A stretch of 64,000 bases of DNA, taken from assembly GCA_000165425.1 (NCBI GenBank), contig CT868174.1, positions 434,001-498,000 of the forward strand, written 5' to 3'. The notes under the pieces are model-generated. The model did no database searches, was not told the DNA's origin, and saw only the letters and a program-made list of their open reading frames with translations. The position numbers and the translations under genes are program-made. The DNA comes from Paramecium tetraurelia. Taxonomy: Eukaryota. Position 1 is the first letter of the stretch, and each line of letters opens with the position of its first letter. This document shows positions 41,571-54,200 of this stretch, one piece after another.

Positions 41571-43698
41571 ATGAAGCTTGGAATATATGAAGTTGGGATC
41601 ATTCCATAGTCTGTTAAATAATAATATTTAGAACTGTAAGCATTTTCTTAATGGCAATATCTGGGAAAAAATACATTGTCTACAGTTTTGATTTCACTTT
41701 TAGATTATTTTATTGCATATGACAAATATTAAGCAATAGAAAATTTGGCTAAACCTAAAAGCAGTTATCAAAATGCATATAATATTAAGATTTCTTAATT
41801 TATTTATAGTCTGCTGAGCAAGAAAATAACTCCAAAAGAATTTTTCACATAGCTAAAACTGTTTGATAGTTCTAATGATAGAGGAGGAAATTTATTGGAA
41901 GAGTTTTGTTATTTGTAAGGTTTAAAAAAGATTCCGAATAATTTAAATTTACTAATTCAAAGTATTGCCAACTTTTTTTCCATTTCTATAAATTTCATTA
42001 GACAGAACATTATAGGTAATTCTAGTAAATCTAAAATATTGATTCTTTAATCTGCAGATGGTCATTTTTTAATTAAATAAAGCAGTCCCTTGATTTAATA
42101 TATAAACCCACGCTAATAAATATGTCAAATGTGTTCGATGAGATACGATGACTATTTTATCACTTAATGCCTACATATATGTTGCAATAAATGTTTAAAT
42201 GATAAAATAAAGAAGACAAATTAATAACTTTTTATAGTATGCTCTAATACTTGCATGTAAAAAATACATATAAAAGATGTTCAACAATATTTAAGTAAGG
42301 AACTCAATACTTAAAAGTAGCAACAAGAATATTCAATTAACTTAACAAAATCATAATAGTTCACCACTAATGACAACTCAAAATCCAACCCAAATAATCC
42401 TGGAGTTGAAAATTAAAAGATAAATTCAGTTTATTGTAACAACTTTATTGATTCAAGATAATAATAATAATAGAAATGTAATTATTGTTAATAATCTAAT
42501 GCTAACAACAAATTCTTTATTAATAATTCATGTGGCCATAAATTTTGCACTGATTGTTTCAAAAGAAAAGTCATGACTAAAACTTAATAATGCCCAGTAA
42601 AAGATTGTTATAGATATGTTGATCTATAATTATATTAATAAAGAGTCTAGCTAGAATAGGAAGCTACTTAAAACTAACAGCCTAATTATCCATAAAATTA
42701 ACAGCCTAATTATCCATAAAATTAACAACCTATTTAACCATAAAATTAACAGTTTGCTAGGTGTAGTAAATGTAAGAGCGAATACAGCTTGAATAGTTTA
42801 TATAAAGACAAAAGATGCATCCATTTTACCTGCTTCTCCTGCATTCAGGTGCAGGTTCAAAAGTTGCTTTAGAATCAACCAAATTAAATTATTATTACAT
42901 GTCCTTCATGTAATAATATATATGGAGGAGAGTTTGAAAAATTTTATGACTAATCGCAACTACGTTTGGTAGAAGAGAGAATTAAATATGACGAAAAATT
43001 TCAGAAGGAAGATAAGGAAAGGGAAATTAAAGAAAAATAATAATAGCAAAAACTTCAATAATAGTAGTAAGAAGAGCTATTGCTATAACAATAATCACCA
43101 TAGAAGAAAGTTGAGAAGTATCCCTATGGAGGCAACGATACTCAAAAATAATAATCATAAATATAATCGCAAAATGATAAATAAAATAATTCATCATCGG
43201 TCAAAGACCTTGTAGAATAAAAACAACCTATTAAAATCAAGGAAGGGTTAAATTAGCAAGAATAAGGAGAATGCACTATGTGTTTTACACAATTTTCAGA
43301 ATTTAATTTAAGATAAGACATTGATTGTTAATACCATGCTATAGGGGTTTGTTGTAGGACGAACTGTGACAGATGTCCATAGTGTGAAGCAAAGAATGCA
43401 AATCCTAGGAGTATTAGAATAAAACGTATTAATTAAAACATTATTAGCAAAATTGGCTTTATAAACATTCACCTAAAAAGTGGAATTTTTAACCTCGTCC
43501 AATATCTATAACTCCTCAATCAAGCAATATAATTACGGAAATGCAGATGATTACTCAAGATTAAATTCTCGATTTAATGTAGTGTAAAGTCAAATAAAAT
43601 CCTAATAACGAAATAGCACTATGGACAATAACCTTTTCAGAAGTTAGGGTTTATAAAGTAATGTAGTAAGTGTTTATGGGGCAGGATACAAATATTGA
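41571..43698 (+). CDS. Multi-RING/zinc-finger protein (four Cys/His clusters) with Q-rich linkers
   Basis: CQMC..CLHICCNKC..CSNTC; CNYC..CGHKFCTDC..CPVKDC; CSKC..CIHFTCFSC..CPSC; CTMC..CQYHAIGVCC..CPQC. One 22-nt intron near 43426-43447 gives 702 codons. Confidence 0.8.
42669..42752 (+). repeat. 24-nt coding tandem repeat (QNQQPNYP x ~3.5)
   Basis: Unit TAAAATTAACAGCCTAATTATCCA repeated with few changes. Confidence 0.85.
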
Positions 43699-44811
43699 AT
43701 TTGTGAATTAATTTATGAATTAGTTTTGATGTTAATAAAATTAAATAAAAAAATAATCGATTGTTTTTAGTAATTAAGTTTATATAATTTGGATTACTAT
43801 TTAGATTTTTATTAGTTTAAAGATTTAACATCTATTGACTAACAAGTAGATTACAAACAAATGTGTTACCTGGTAATATAAGTTTGATCTAGTTATTTTT
43901 ACTTAAATTTATTAAATGCAAAATGGATTTTTATCTAATTATGTTAGTCTTAAATTACATTTATATAATTTATCTAAATATTCTGTCTTCAATTTTATTT
44001 TCATTTATTAAATTAGCAACCTTTTGAAAGTAATTATAAAGGAGATTATAAATCAAATGTTTACTAAGAAATAGTTTTCCAGGCTAAGTATTAATATTTT
44101 AGATTAGAAATGTGTAATATTCTGACAGTAGTTTCTTTAATAATAGAGATTTTGATTAAATTTTCCTCCAAATCTTTGCTTAACTTGTTTTCCTTATTCG
44201 AAAGAGTTTATATATTAGGAAGACTCCTGAGACTTATGAGACGGACTTTAGCTATTGTTAAAGCCAAAAGTTTTTGTAAATTAGTCAATTTATAACATAA
44301 TGTCTCAGCTAATCTATTAGATATAGAAATGAGAATGAGATCAATCTAAATTTAAGGCATAGGTATCAGCTCTGGTTTCATAGATATTACTTTTAACAAC
44401 ATTTATCCCATTCTCTAAAATGCATTAATTACTTAAGATAAGTTAAAACCACAATAAATCCCTTTATTGAGTTGCACTTGGCCATAACCTTATTTGATGG
44501 AATTAAATTGTAATTATTGTAACTTGATCCAAATTAATCAACTTTGATTATTATATCTAATATAAATTATTAATTAGAAATATTAATAGAATTGAGATTA
44601 TTTAAATGACATAATTTGTTTTGTTATTAAATTATATAAACCAAAAATGATGTCATTTTTAATTTATGCAACCGATTTATCAAAGATACTCTTACATCCC
44701 TAAATTTCATTACATTGTTAAATAATCATATTGAATTTATAAAAAATCAGTAAGTGGGGATTTGTTTGCAATTTTAAAAATAATATAATTCACATAATAT
44801 TTACATTTCGA

Positions 44812-46505
44812 TCAGTTGGACGAATTATTTTGATTATTCTGGGGATGAGCTTTTGGTGTCACAGTTTCATATAATTCAACAATATTTAACCCCTTCATTT
44901 TTGGTTGTTGCTACATAAGAACATAGAAATCTTCATCCGTCAATTTCAATTCGTCATCTATTGATTCTGGTATTTGCAGGTTCTTTCCCAAGAATAGACT
45001 TTGCGATTGATTCAATTATTAGAATTATACAACCTGGTGAGGGACATCAACCATAGACTAAGGCATCTAAATAATAGATAATAAAGAATTACAATTTTTA
45101 GGATATTGCGATTTTAATCATCTATCGAACTATTATCTATGATCTCTTATCTCAGTTCTTGATTATTGTTCATATTCTCTATTTTGATGGCATTTTTTTT
45201 CTCAACATCCTATTCAAGTTGTATAAATTTTAATCTGATTCCAATTTCATGACAATTTCTGAGCACTTCCTTATCACTTAAGGATCTAACAATGAATTAT
45301 AACCTCGAAATTTCGTAAAGAGTATTTGTTAAACACAATTTGTCAGAAGCAATCTTCAACAATTTCTTATAAGTATCTAGGAATGAAAGTGCTACTCTAG
45401 AATTTTGATATCTGATTTCGATCACTTTGCCAAACAAATTCTTGATGAAAGTAACTTATTTCATTTAAGGGTAGTACATCTCGATTAGAGTTCTTACTAC
45501 TCTTAATTCTAGATTCTTCTCGTTAATGAGATAGGCAACATGCGAAAAGAATAAAAAGAATGAAATGATAGATCCGATGTTTGCTAGCACCTCAGATATT
45601 TTGGGATACTCAACAAACACTGTTTACTGCAAGGTTCCCAACTCAAACTCAAATACAACATACACGTCCTCACTGAAGGTGTGAGTGAAATAATCCAAGT
45701 CCATCTGCTGAATATATTATTAAGTCGAACTTGGAAACTCCATCATCTCTATGCTCTCCAATAAAAACCCAGTGTCTATGGATATATTTGATGTGCATAT
45801 GGTGATTTGACTGAAATAGGTAGTTTTGTTGTCGATGGAAGCATAATAGTCTTGTTCGACTAAATCTAGTTGTCTTGTTGAAGTATTGAATTAATTAACA
45901 AATGTTTGGATGTTCAGCTGGTTCTATTTTTGATTAAAGAACTTCTTTATTGTATCTTCATTTGCACAATTCCAACCTGAGGGTAGGAGATCCTAAACGC
46001 ATTGTTATAATATAAGCATATATTCCTTATTTGGATGATCCAGGGATTCATGTTCATTGTTTGACAATACTATGTCTTTGAGCTCTATTAGTATGGTTTC
46101 ATGTTTCTCGGATTTCTTAGTCGAAAGTAACGGATTTGGCTATTGAATCTCATCATCAATTATTTCGTATAGCATCGGTAGTAAGACTACATGATCTGGA
46201 TCAAAAGGGTCAATTTAATCTTAAATACTTTTGTGCCTTCTCAAACAAAAGGATGCTACTTTATCAAAAGATAATTAATAGGTTTCAATTTCTGTGCTTA
46301 AGGATGTGATTTTGGGAAGTATTCTCCCAGATCTCCACAGGACCATTTCGTATACCAAATAAGCTAAACTTAACCCATATAAAACAATCGAAAGCAACCC
46401 TCCCAAAGAGGTTTTGTATTGAACTTCTCCATAGGCATAGCTAGGTTTATAACTAGCACCGAATTAGTCAATTCTTCTTAAGAATTCCCCAAAGTTATTG
46501 AGCAT
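44812..46505 (-). CDS. Two-TM membrane protein with a large central loop (DxFG...KT.LGG family, ~555 aa)
   Basis: IDQFGASY..YKTSLGGLLSIVLYGLSLAYLVY (TM1); YPKISEVLANIGSIISFFLFFSHVAYLIN (TM2). Intron at 45067-45092. Confidence 0.82.
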
Positions 46506-46759
46506 AAATATTGTTATTTCTGATTTCTATTTTTAATTTGCATTAGTAAAATGACACAATAATGAGTATGATTTATAAACTAAATATTAATTTACGTCAT
46601 TTTTATATTAAATTTAGAACTTCAAGCGAATAAGAATAAGAAAAGGAAAATCCATTTCCTAAGGTCCTATTTATAATTTAGGTAGATTCTTAGTGTGTCC
46701 GTTTGATGATTCGATTGTTATAAATTAATATTATAAAATTATATAAAAAGATATTAAAG

Positions 46760-49235
46760 TCAAAGTATACGATAATATTACAACACTTAAATTAATGATT
46801 CCCTTTTTACTGGTTTAGACAAATAGTAATCTAACCCATTTTGATAACATTATTCTTTTGTTTCATTATCAGTAAAGGCAGTGCAAGCTATGATGGCTAT
46901 AGAAAACCACTTTTTAATTTGTCGAGATGCTTCCCATCCATCCATCAGAGGCATGTTTATATCCATAAATATCAATTAGTATTGACGATCACTACATTTC
47001 CCACAATATGCTATCAATATCATTTAAAAAACATACTTTTTTTTTATTTCGAGTAAATCAAATCTACACACTCCTTTCCATTGAACACTTGATCAGTATT
47101 CAAACCAAGTTATTCTAACAAAATCGATAATGCTAATATATTAATCTACTCATCATCCACTATGAGTATATTGGGACAACGACATTCAATAAATGATTGA
47201 TTGCTTCTCAATAGAAATGACTATTATTGCTATTAATGCCAAGACTTTATGTATTTGATTCTCGCCTAATAGTCTTCAACTGAACATTCATTATTGACTG
47301 TGTCAGTTGAAACTGCATCGATAAGTTCCTACACAAAGCGGATCTAACTATGAGGTCTTCTATGTCTAATTTAATATCCCTCATTAATTTGTTCATTGTT
47401 GATCATTGCATGCGATAATCTGTTTCGCTTATTATCTCTTTGTAATGTCTCAATTCCAGCATTTACCTCTGTCTGTCTTGTATCGATAACAATCTTCTTA
47501 TTGAGTATTATCAATGGACTTTTTGGATTGTTAGGCTTTACATCTGGACTAACAGTCTGAGGGTACACAAAAAACCAGCAGTGAAACCCTTTTCCTGGTT
47601 ATGTCTCAAATCTGAGTCCACCTCCTTTTTCGAATCTCTATTACGATAATGCCTCTGCAATCTTATTGCTGATGAAGAGTCCCAATCCAAACCCTGCTGT
47701 GTTCTTTGATATTTTTTAAATTGAAGGCACTCCCGATTGCAACAACAAAGTTAATCGATCCTATTCTGGCTTTGTCATTCCTATACCAGTGTCTTCAACA
47801 TGGAATACCACGTATGGTTTCTTATTGGACAGAGATGTTTCAACCTTTAAGGAAATCAAACCTTGCAGTGTAAACTTCTGAGCATTTGATACTAAATTAA
47901 TCAAAATCTATTTAATTCTATTTCGATCAGATAGAATCTATGTTATTTTGGAATTAAATTCAATTTTGATTTCTAAATTCTTTTTTGAGACTTGATCCTT
48001 GAACAATGAAATGACTTCCAAGATCAAATCCTAGATGTTGAAGACTCCTACTTGCAGACTGAATGTCTTTCCCAAAATGCTGTTGTAATCCATCATATCC
48101 AAAACCATACTGTGCATTACCTTCCCATTCACCAATATTGGTTTGATGAATTACTCTTAGACATTCTGCGGCACATCCTCATGGCATTCTGCTACCTATG
48201 CCAAAGCTAAGATATAATTTAATGATGTATTGTATTCATGGCTGAAACTCTTAAACAATTACTGCATAGTAGTTTGTGTAAATACTTTCTTGATTTGCAA
48301 ATTGTATTCCTCCATATTTTGTATTATAATCGTAAAAGACTTAGGTTCAACGTAAAACACCTTCAAGTGCAGGTCATTGTATCCGCGAATGCTGAAGACC
48401 TCAAATTCATATGGGAATTTCTGTAGTTGTTACAGCTATTCCAATAATTCACTTAAGGTGTAATTAAGTTGAGCTTCCTTCAAATCGTAAATTGATGGAA
48501 ATTTACAGCTAAATTACTCTTGCATCAATAATTTAGTCTACTTGTCCACAGATAATAAGGGACTATTCAAAAGTTCCTAAATATTGATATTCTTCAATAG
48601 CTCCTATGCTCTCGAATTGCGCATCATCAGATTTAATTTACAATCCAACTTAATTATACTTATTAGAGAATTCTATAACTCATAATTTCGATCCGTGTCT
48701 GAGCTCGTTCTGATATTCATTGTGTCATCAAGATATCTGTCACTCCTTATGATCTATTGAACTATTATTTTTTTGTGATAGTAGGCAAACAATAATAATA
48801 TAATTGTAATTATTATTGGTTACCCATAATTTAGATTATGCAGTACTTTCCAAATGCCCATGATGATGAGATGCAGGGATTTGAAAATGTTAAAATAGTG
48901 TTTCTGTTTTTAATCCTTATTTAAATTGTCATATAGGAAAGGTGGAAGCAGAAATAAAAACACCTTCTCAGGATTCATTTCCTGCAAAAGTACTACTGTT
49001 AATTAATCACTTACTTAGGATGTTCAGAGCTAATAGTAGAATTGGGATTAGGAAACTTATAGATTGCCTAGATTTTTATAGTTTTTGGACTATGAGGAAA
49101 CACATTACGATCCCCAACTCGATACCATAATAAAATAGCTGACTCTATCATAAAAATATAGTACTCAACTCCTAATATCATTTCGTAGGTCGTATTGCAT
49201 AGCCAAACGCCACTGTATAAAATAGCCAATATCAT
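46760..49235 (-). CDS. Membrane-bound hybrid sensor histidine kinase (TM, HisKA, HATPase, receiver)
   Basis: H-box SFSHEYNTSLN, N-box QILINLVSNAQKFT, VEDTGIGM, AGFGLGL, receiver ILIVDD..FMDINMPLMDG..ACTA..KP. Three tiny introns. Confidence 0.92.
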
Positions 49236-49482
49236 ACTTAATGTAATATTATATAATTAAATGATAATCGGACTTATAGAGTAGATTCGTCTTAAATACT
49301 CAATTAGAACTACGGAAACAACTTTGAAAAATTGCCTATTATTATACCCTCTAGGTTTTCAGGCAATTAATTTCAATCTCTTACGAATAAACCACTAATT
49401 CTGTAACAGATTGTTAATAATCCCATTTATGAATGCTTCGTTGATTATAACAAATATATAAAATTAGGTAAATGTGTTGTTG

Positions 49483-50689
49483 TCAATTTAAAAATTTATT
49501 CAGTTTAATTCTACTAGTCATGTGTCTATGGTATTTGAGTGGAAGCAACAAAACATCAGCATCTTGTTTGATAATACTATTTTAAGAAGTCAAATTTGTA
49601 TTATTTAACAAAAATGTCTCAGTGTGTAATTTCTTGAAACTGGTTCTCGTTGTTGTTATGCTTGTTAAGCTTTATTATTTTTTACGTTTTGGAGTCAATT
49701 TATCATATTTAACAGACTTCATTATTTCAGGTACCTAAAGATCAATGATATGATGGTCTAGAAGAGATTTTTTAAGACTCATTTTCATTTTTAATCTATC
49801 TTCAATAATAGACTGGGCCTTGGCGGGTAATTGCATTAGTTGTGATTTTTGGATTTCAAAAATATGAGCTTGTTACTTGACTCTTGCAGTGTAAGGCGCC
49901 ATTGTACAATCCTCATTAAATGAATCAAAAATTGAACAAGTACACATGATATTACGCTTAGTTTCCAAATTTACTTGGCCCAAATAGACAAGAAACATGG
50001 ATTCTGTTGGTTGATATATTGTAATTATCGTTTCATTTTCTTCAAATTGTTGTAGGAGTAAGGAGTCAGCTAAAGTATGTATTTGCTATTTTTCGGTTTA
50101 GTTTGTAGGTTCAAACAGCTTGAGAAAGAACGTGCGTTTTTATCTGATGAATTATTCGTGTTTGAGGAAGAGGAGGGATTGGGATTATTTGGTGACGTAC
50201 AATAGTTTGGAGTGCTCGAGAGAGAACTGGAGGGGATAGGATATAATGATTTTACAATTTTTTAAAGGTATCGTTTTTCAGCGATGTATCCATAATTTAA
50301 TTGTCTTTGGAACAAGAGTTTGTTCTTCTTGACGTATTGGACATTGGATTCGAAGGAGTCGAGGTCGTCTTGTTCGGAGGAATCGAGGACCAACTTGCCT
50401 TCTAAAAACAAGTAGATGTTTTCGTTTTGGGTTTCCGAGATTACCTGAAAGGGAGGCAAGTCAAGTAAATGCAGACGTTAACAAAGCTGAATGGGATTAT
50501 AGAGGATAGATACTAAGATATATTCTGATCTGCTTTGCAATTGCAATTTGAGGAATAATGGTTGGAGATGGACTTTCAGATTGTCGTAAATGAGCTACTG
50601 TAAGGTGGAGATTGTACTTCTGCTTGTATTTGGTTGCGTTGATTCAATTTGAGGAGGTCGTACACAAGGGTATTAATAATTTCAGTCAT
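49483..50689 (-). CDS. Degenerate tandem cyclic nucleotide-binding-like domain protein
   Basis: NIYLFLEGKL and SMFLVYLGQV beta-roll starts, YTARV. Layout resembles 10861-12147 but lacks FGE..R. Needs two or three tiny introns. Confidence 0.6.
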
Positions 50690-50703
50690 ATTATATAAAA
50701 TAA

Positions 50704-51180
50704 ATGGAATTATAGAAGGAAGACATATTGAAATATATGAAAATGGCATTGGAATAGGCTGAGTTGGGGAGGCAGAACAAGGAGGTTCCTGTTGGGTGTG
50801 TGATTGTGAATAGGAACGACGGGAAAATAGTGGAGAAAGCCTACAATAATACAAATAAATCAAAAAATGCAACATAACATTGCGAAATAATTTGCATCAA
50901 TCGCATGAACAGAGATTTGGAGGATTGCATCTTGTTCGTGACTTGCGAGCCATGCATAATGTGTGGTCAGGCTTTGAATTACGTGAAGATCCATAGTGTG
51001 TATTATGGGTGCAATAATTCGCGATTTGGGGGGAATGGGACTGTATTGTCGTTAAATAAGTATCCGAGTTTTGGGGGTCATTTGGAGTATGATTGCATGA
51101 AGATTTTGCAAGATTTTTATGAGGAGGGCAATGAGAACATCGAGGAGTAGTTCAGACATCGAAAAAAATAAAAATAATGA
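50704..51180 (+). CDS. ADAT2: tRNA-specific adenosine-34 deaminase catalytic subunit (Tad2/ADAT2)
   Basis: MKMALEQA..EVPVGCVIV..NATQHCE..VTCEPCIMC..YGCNNSRFGGNG..FYEEGN. 159 codons. Confidence 0.9.
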
Positions 51181-51238
51181 TACAACTGTGGTCAATAGAA
51201 GTGAAACAAATATTAATATAAATTTATTATAAAATTAA

Positions 51239-54200
51239 ATGGAGTAGAGTTCAATGGAAAGCGAAGATGTGAGTTATAGTGTGTTGATATTATCTAGGAG
51301 TTCGTCGAGAGACATAAGAAAAATTAGATGATTCTCCAGCAGGTGAAGGAAATATGGAAGGAGTCCGATTTGTCAAAGGATGATGGAATATTGCAGATAT
51401 TGAATGATTTCAAGGAGGAAATTTTGGATGATTTGGAAGATGAATACGAACCTGAATATAGAGCAATATAAGTTTAAGAAAATATAAATATAGATTTAGT
51501 TCCAATGAATGAGGTTCAAAAAGCCCTCATCTATGACGACAAGTAATTTCGATAACATTATTAGGTATCCCTTTTTGAAGATAAGGAAGCGAATCTTGAT
51601 ATAAGCAAAGAAGATTTCAATGATGGCGATGCAATTGACCAAGCATCCCATATTCGAGTTTTTCACCCTGCTGGTCATCATATTTAACTCTATCATGCTT
51701 GCCTTGGATGATCCGACTACGGACATCTAGACTCCCTTTTAGGATCTAATGGATATAATCTTCTTGGCAGTTTACACATTTGAGGCAGTTTTAAAAATTA
51801 TCGCAATGGGCTTTGTTTTCAATAGCAATACCTATCTCCGCGATTTGTGGAATGTCTTAGATTTCACAGTCATTGTAACAGCATACATCCCCTATTTTGT
51901 GAATAACTCTGGTTTGTAACTGAGTGCTTTGAGATCATTGAGAGTCTTAAGACCATTGAGAACAATATCCTCAGTAAAATCATTGAGAAGCATAATGATG
52001 ACATTATTTGCCTCATTTGCTGAATTGGGTAATTCCTTGATTATATTGGGATTCACCTACACAATTTTCGCAATAGCTGGATTGCAACTGTTCTCTGGAT
52101 ATGCGAAATTGAGATGTTTTGATGAAAATGGCATCATCTAAATGTCTGGTTATGATACGGATGAGCCATTTTGCAATGGATCTTGTCCTGAAAATTATAT
52201 CTGTGGTAAAATGATGGACAATCCCATCAATGGACTATTGTCATTTGATGATTTTGGGTTGGCCTTTTTGTAAGTATTTATCATTACTACACTTGAAGGA
52301 TGGACTACGATTATGTAGACTATAATGACTACGTTTTCACAATTTTCAGTCTTTTATTTCTTACTCTGTGTAATTATCGGAGCATTCTTTCTCGTCAATC
52401 TGACTTTGGCTATCATAAAAATCAATTTTTCAAAGGCTGAGTCTCAAGAGCCTATCAAGCCTGATGATGTAAGTTACAATCTCAAACAAATGAAGAGACT
52501 GGGAATCTATAAATTCACCAGAGATTCTCAAACACCCAGTATCACTCGTAAACATACCATCCGAATGACTCGATTGAGACAATCAATTAACAACTAAAAC
52601 AATATTAATATCAATGTTGCCAACAAGCAAATAGATGAACCCAAAAGAAGTTCAATTAAGGTCAATTTCTAACCCTTGAACATTAAGGACTTCAGTAAAC
52701 CTCATCAAGTCAAATACAACAATAACAGAATATTGCTTTAGGGAATCCAAGGAGTTAGAACAGAACAACCCGTCAGTAAATACTAGGAAGCCAACAATCC
52801 TCAACTAATCATGAAGACTAGTGTCCAATCTGTGAATGCTCCGTAAATCAGGAAACTAAGCAAACTTGGAACACAATTCAAACAATCCCAAAGAAAAATG
52901 TCAATCACCCATCAAGAAGACAGTCCTTTGGAAGAGTTGGATAACCTATTGAAATTCGCTGTTCGTAGACAATCTGTATTGAGAGTCGATACGAAGATCA
53001 TGGCATCTCCAAGAATACCCACTCCTTCCAAGGAAACTCCATTACCTGTCAGCAGTAGTTCCATGTTAGACGAATCTCAATCTCCTGGAAAACCTCATCA
53101 ATCCAATTTCTTGGGAATCCCTAAATAGCAATTCAATTTCTTGCAAGATTAGAAATCATTCAATGAAAATGATGTACTCAGTGTGACTCTCTCGGAAATC
53201 GATTCCATCTCTGATAGTGAATTAAATCAAAGATTCAAGGAATTCGAAATCTCCTTCCAAATTGAAAAGTCAGATGATAAAACAGCCAATGAAACAGAGG
53301 ATCGTAAACCGATTCAACACATCCATCAAAAGAGGAGAAAATAAGATGCTCCATTGATCTATGAATTAAGCAAAGAGGATGAAAAACTGAAGATCAGATT
53401 GTTTCAATCTAAACTAGTTCCAAGAGTTGTTTACAAAGAATTTCACTCCGAATCCAGTAAAGACATCCTTGTAAGTTTGGAAATCAAAAAATAAAGGAAA
53501 GACTAAGAGATACGAAATCTAAGAATCTAAAACATGAAATTCACTCTGAAATATTAATTCCAAAACAATTCCACTAAATTATCATTATCTAAAACTTCAC
53601 AACAATAATAATCCAAAAGTTCATTGAGTTCAAATGACCAAAAACTCAAAGAAACTGTTAAATCTAGGAAAATCATCCCATTAACTGAAATACCATCAGT
53701 GCAAGAAATCACTACTCCCAAACTAAACGTTAGAAAACAATAAAAACGTAAGACTATTGTCCATAAGGTCTTTACTTACGAATAATATTAATCTGGTTTT
53801 AATCATAGTTCAGAAGTAGATGCCAATTTTAATGAAAAGTTAGAGGAGGTTGAAACCTAACAACTCACTTTTAAAACTCCCAATGAGACTTATTTTTATA
53901 CTCAAACTGCATTTTAATAATACCATCAAATTAAAAATGATGACATTAATCTAAGCAATGGGAATCTAGTTGGTTAAGCTTCAATTGAAGATGTAATCAT
54001 GATTAGAAGTAGCTTATAAAAAAGGTTTAATTTTATTTTATAGGGAATGAATTTTACGAAATAAGATTATATGATATATATGACGAAGGATATGCTGAAA
54101 ATGCTGCAATTCAAATTATTCCTCATTGTCGACTCGAGATATTTCAATATGATGTTGAATCTAGCAGTGTTTATTAATACAGTAATCCTGTGTTTGGATG

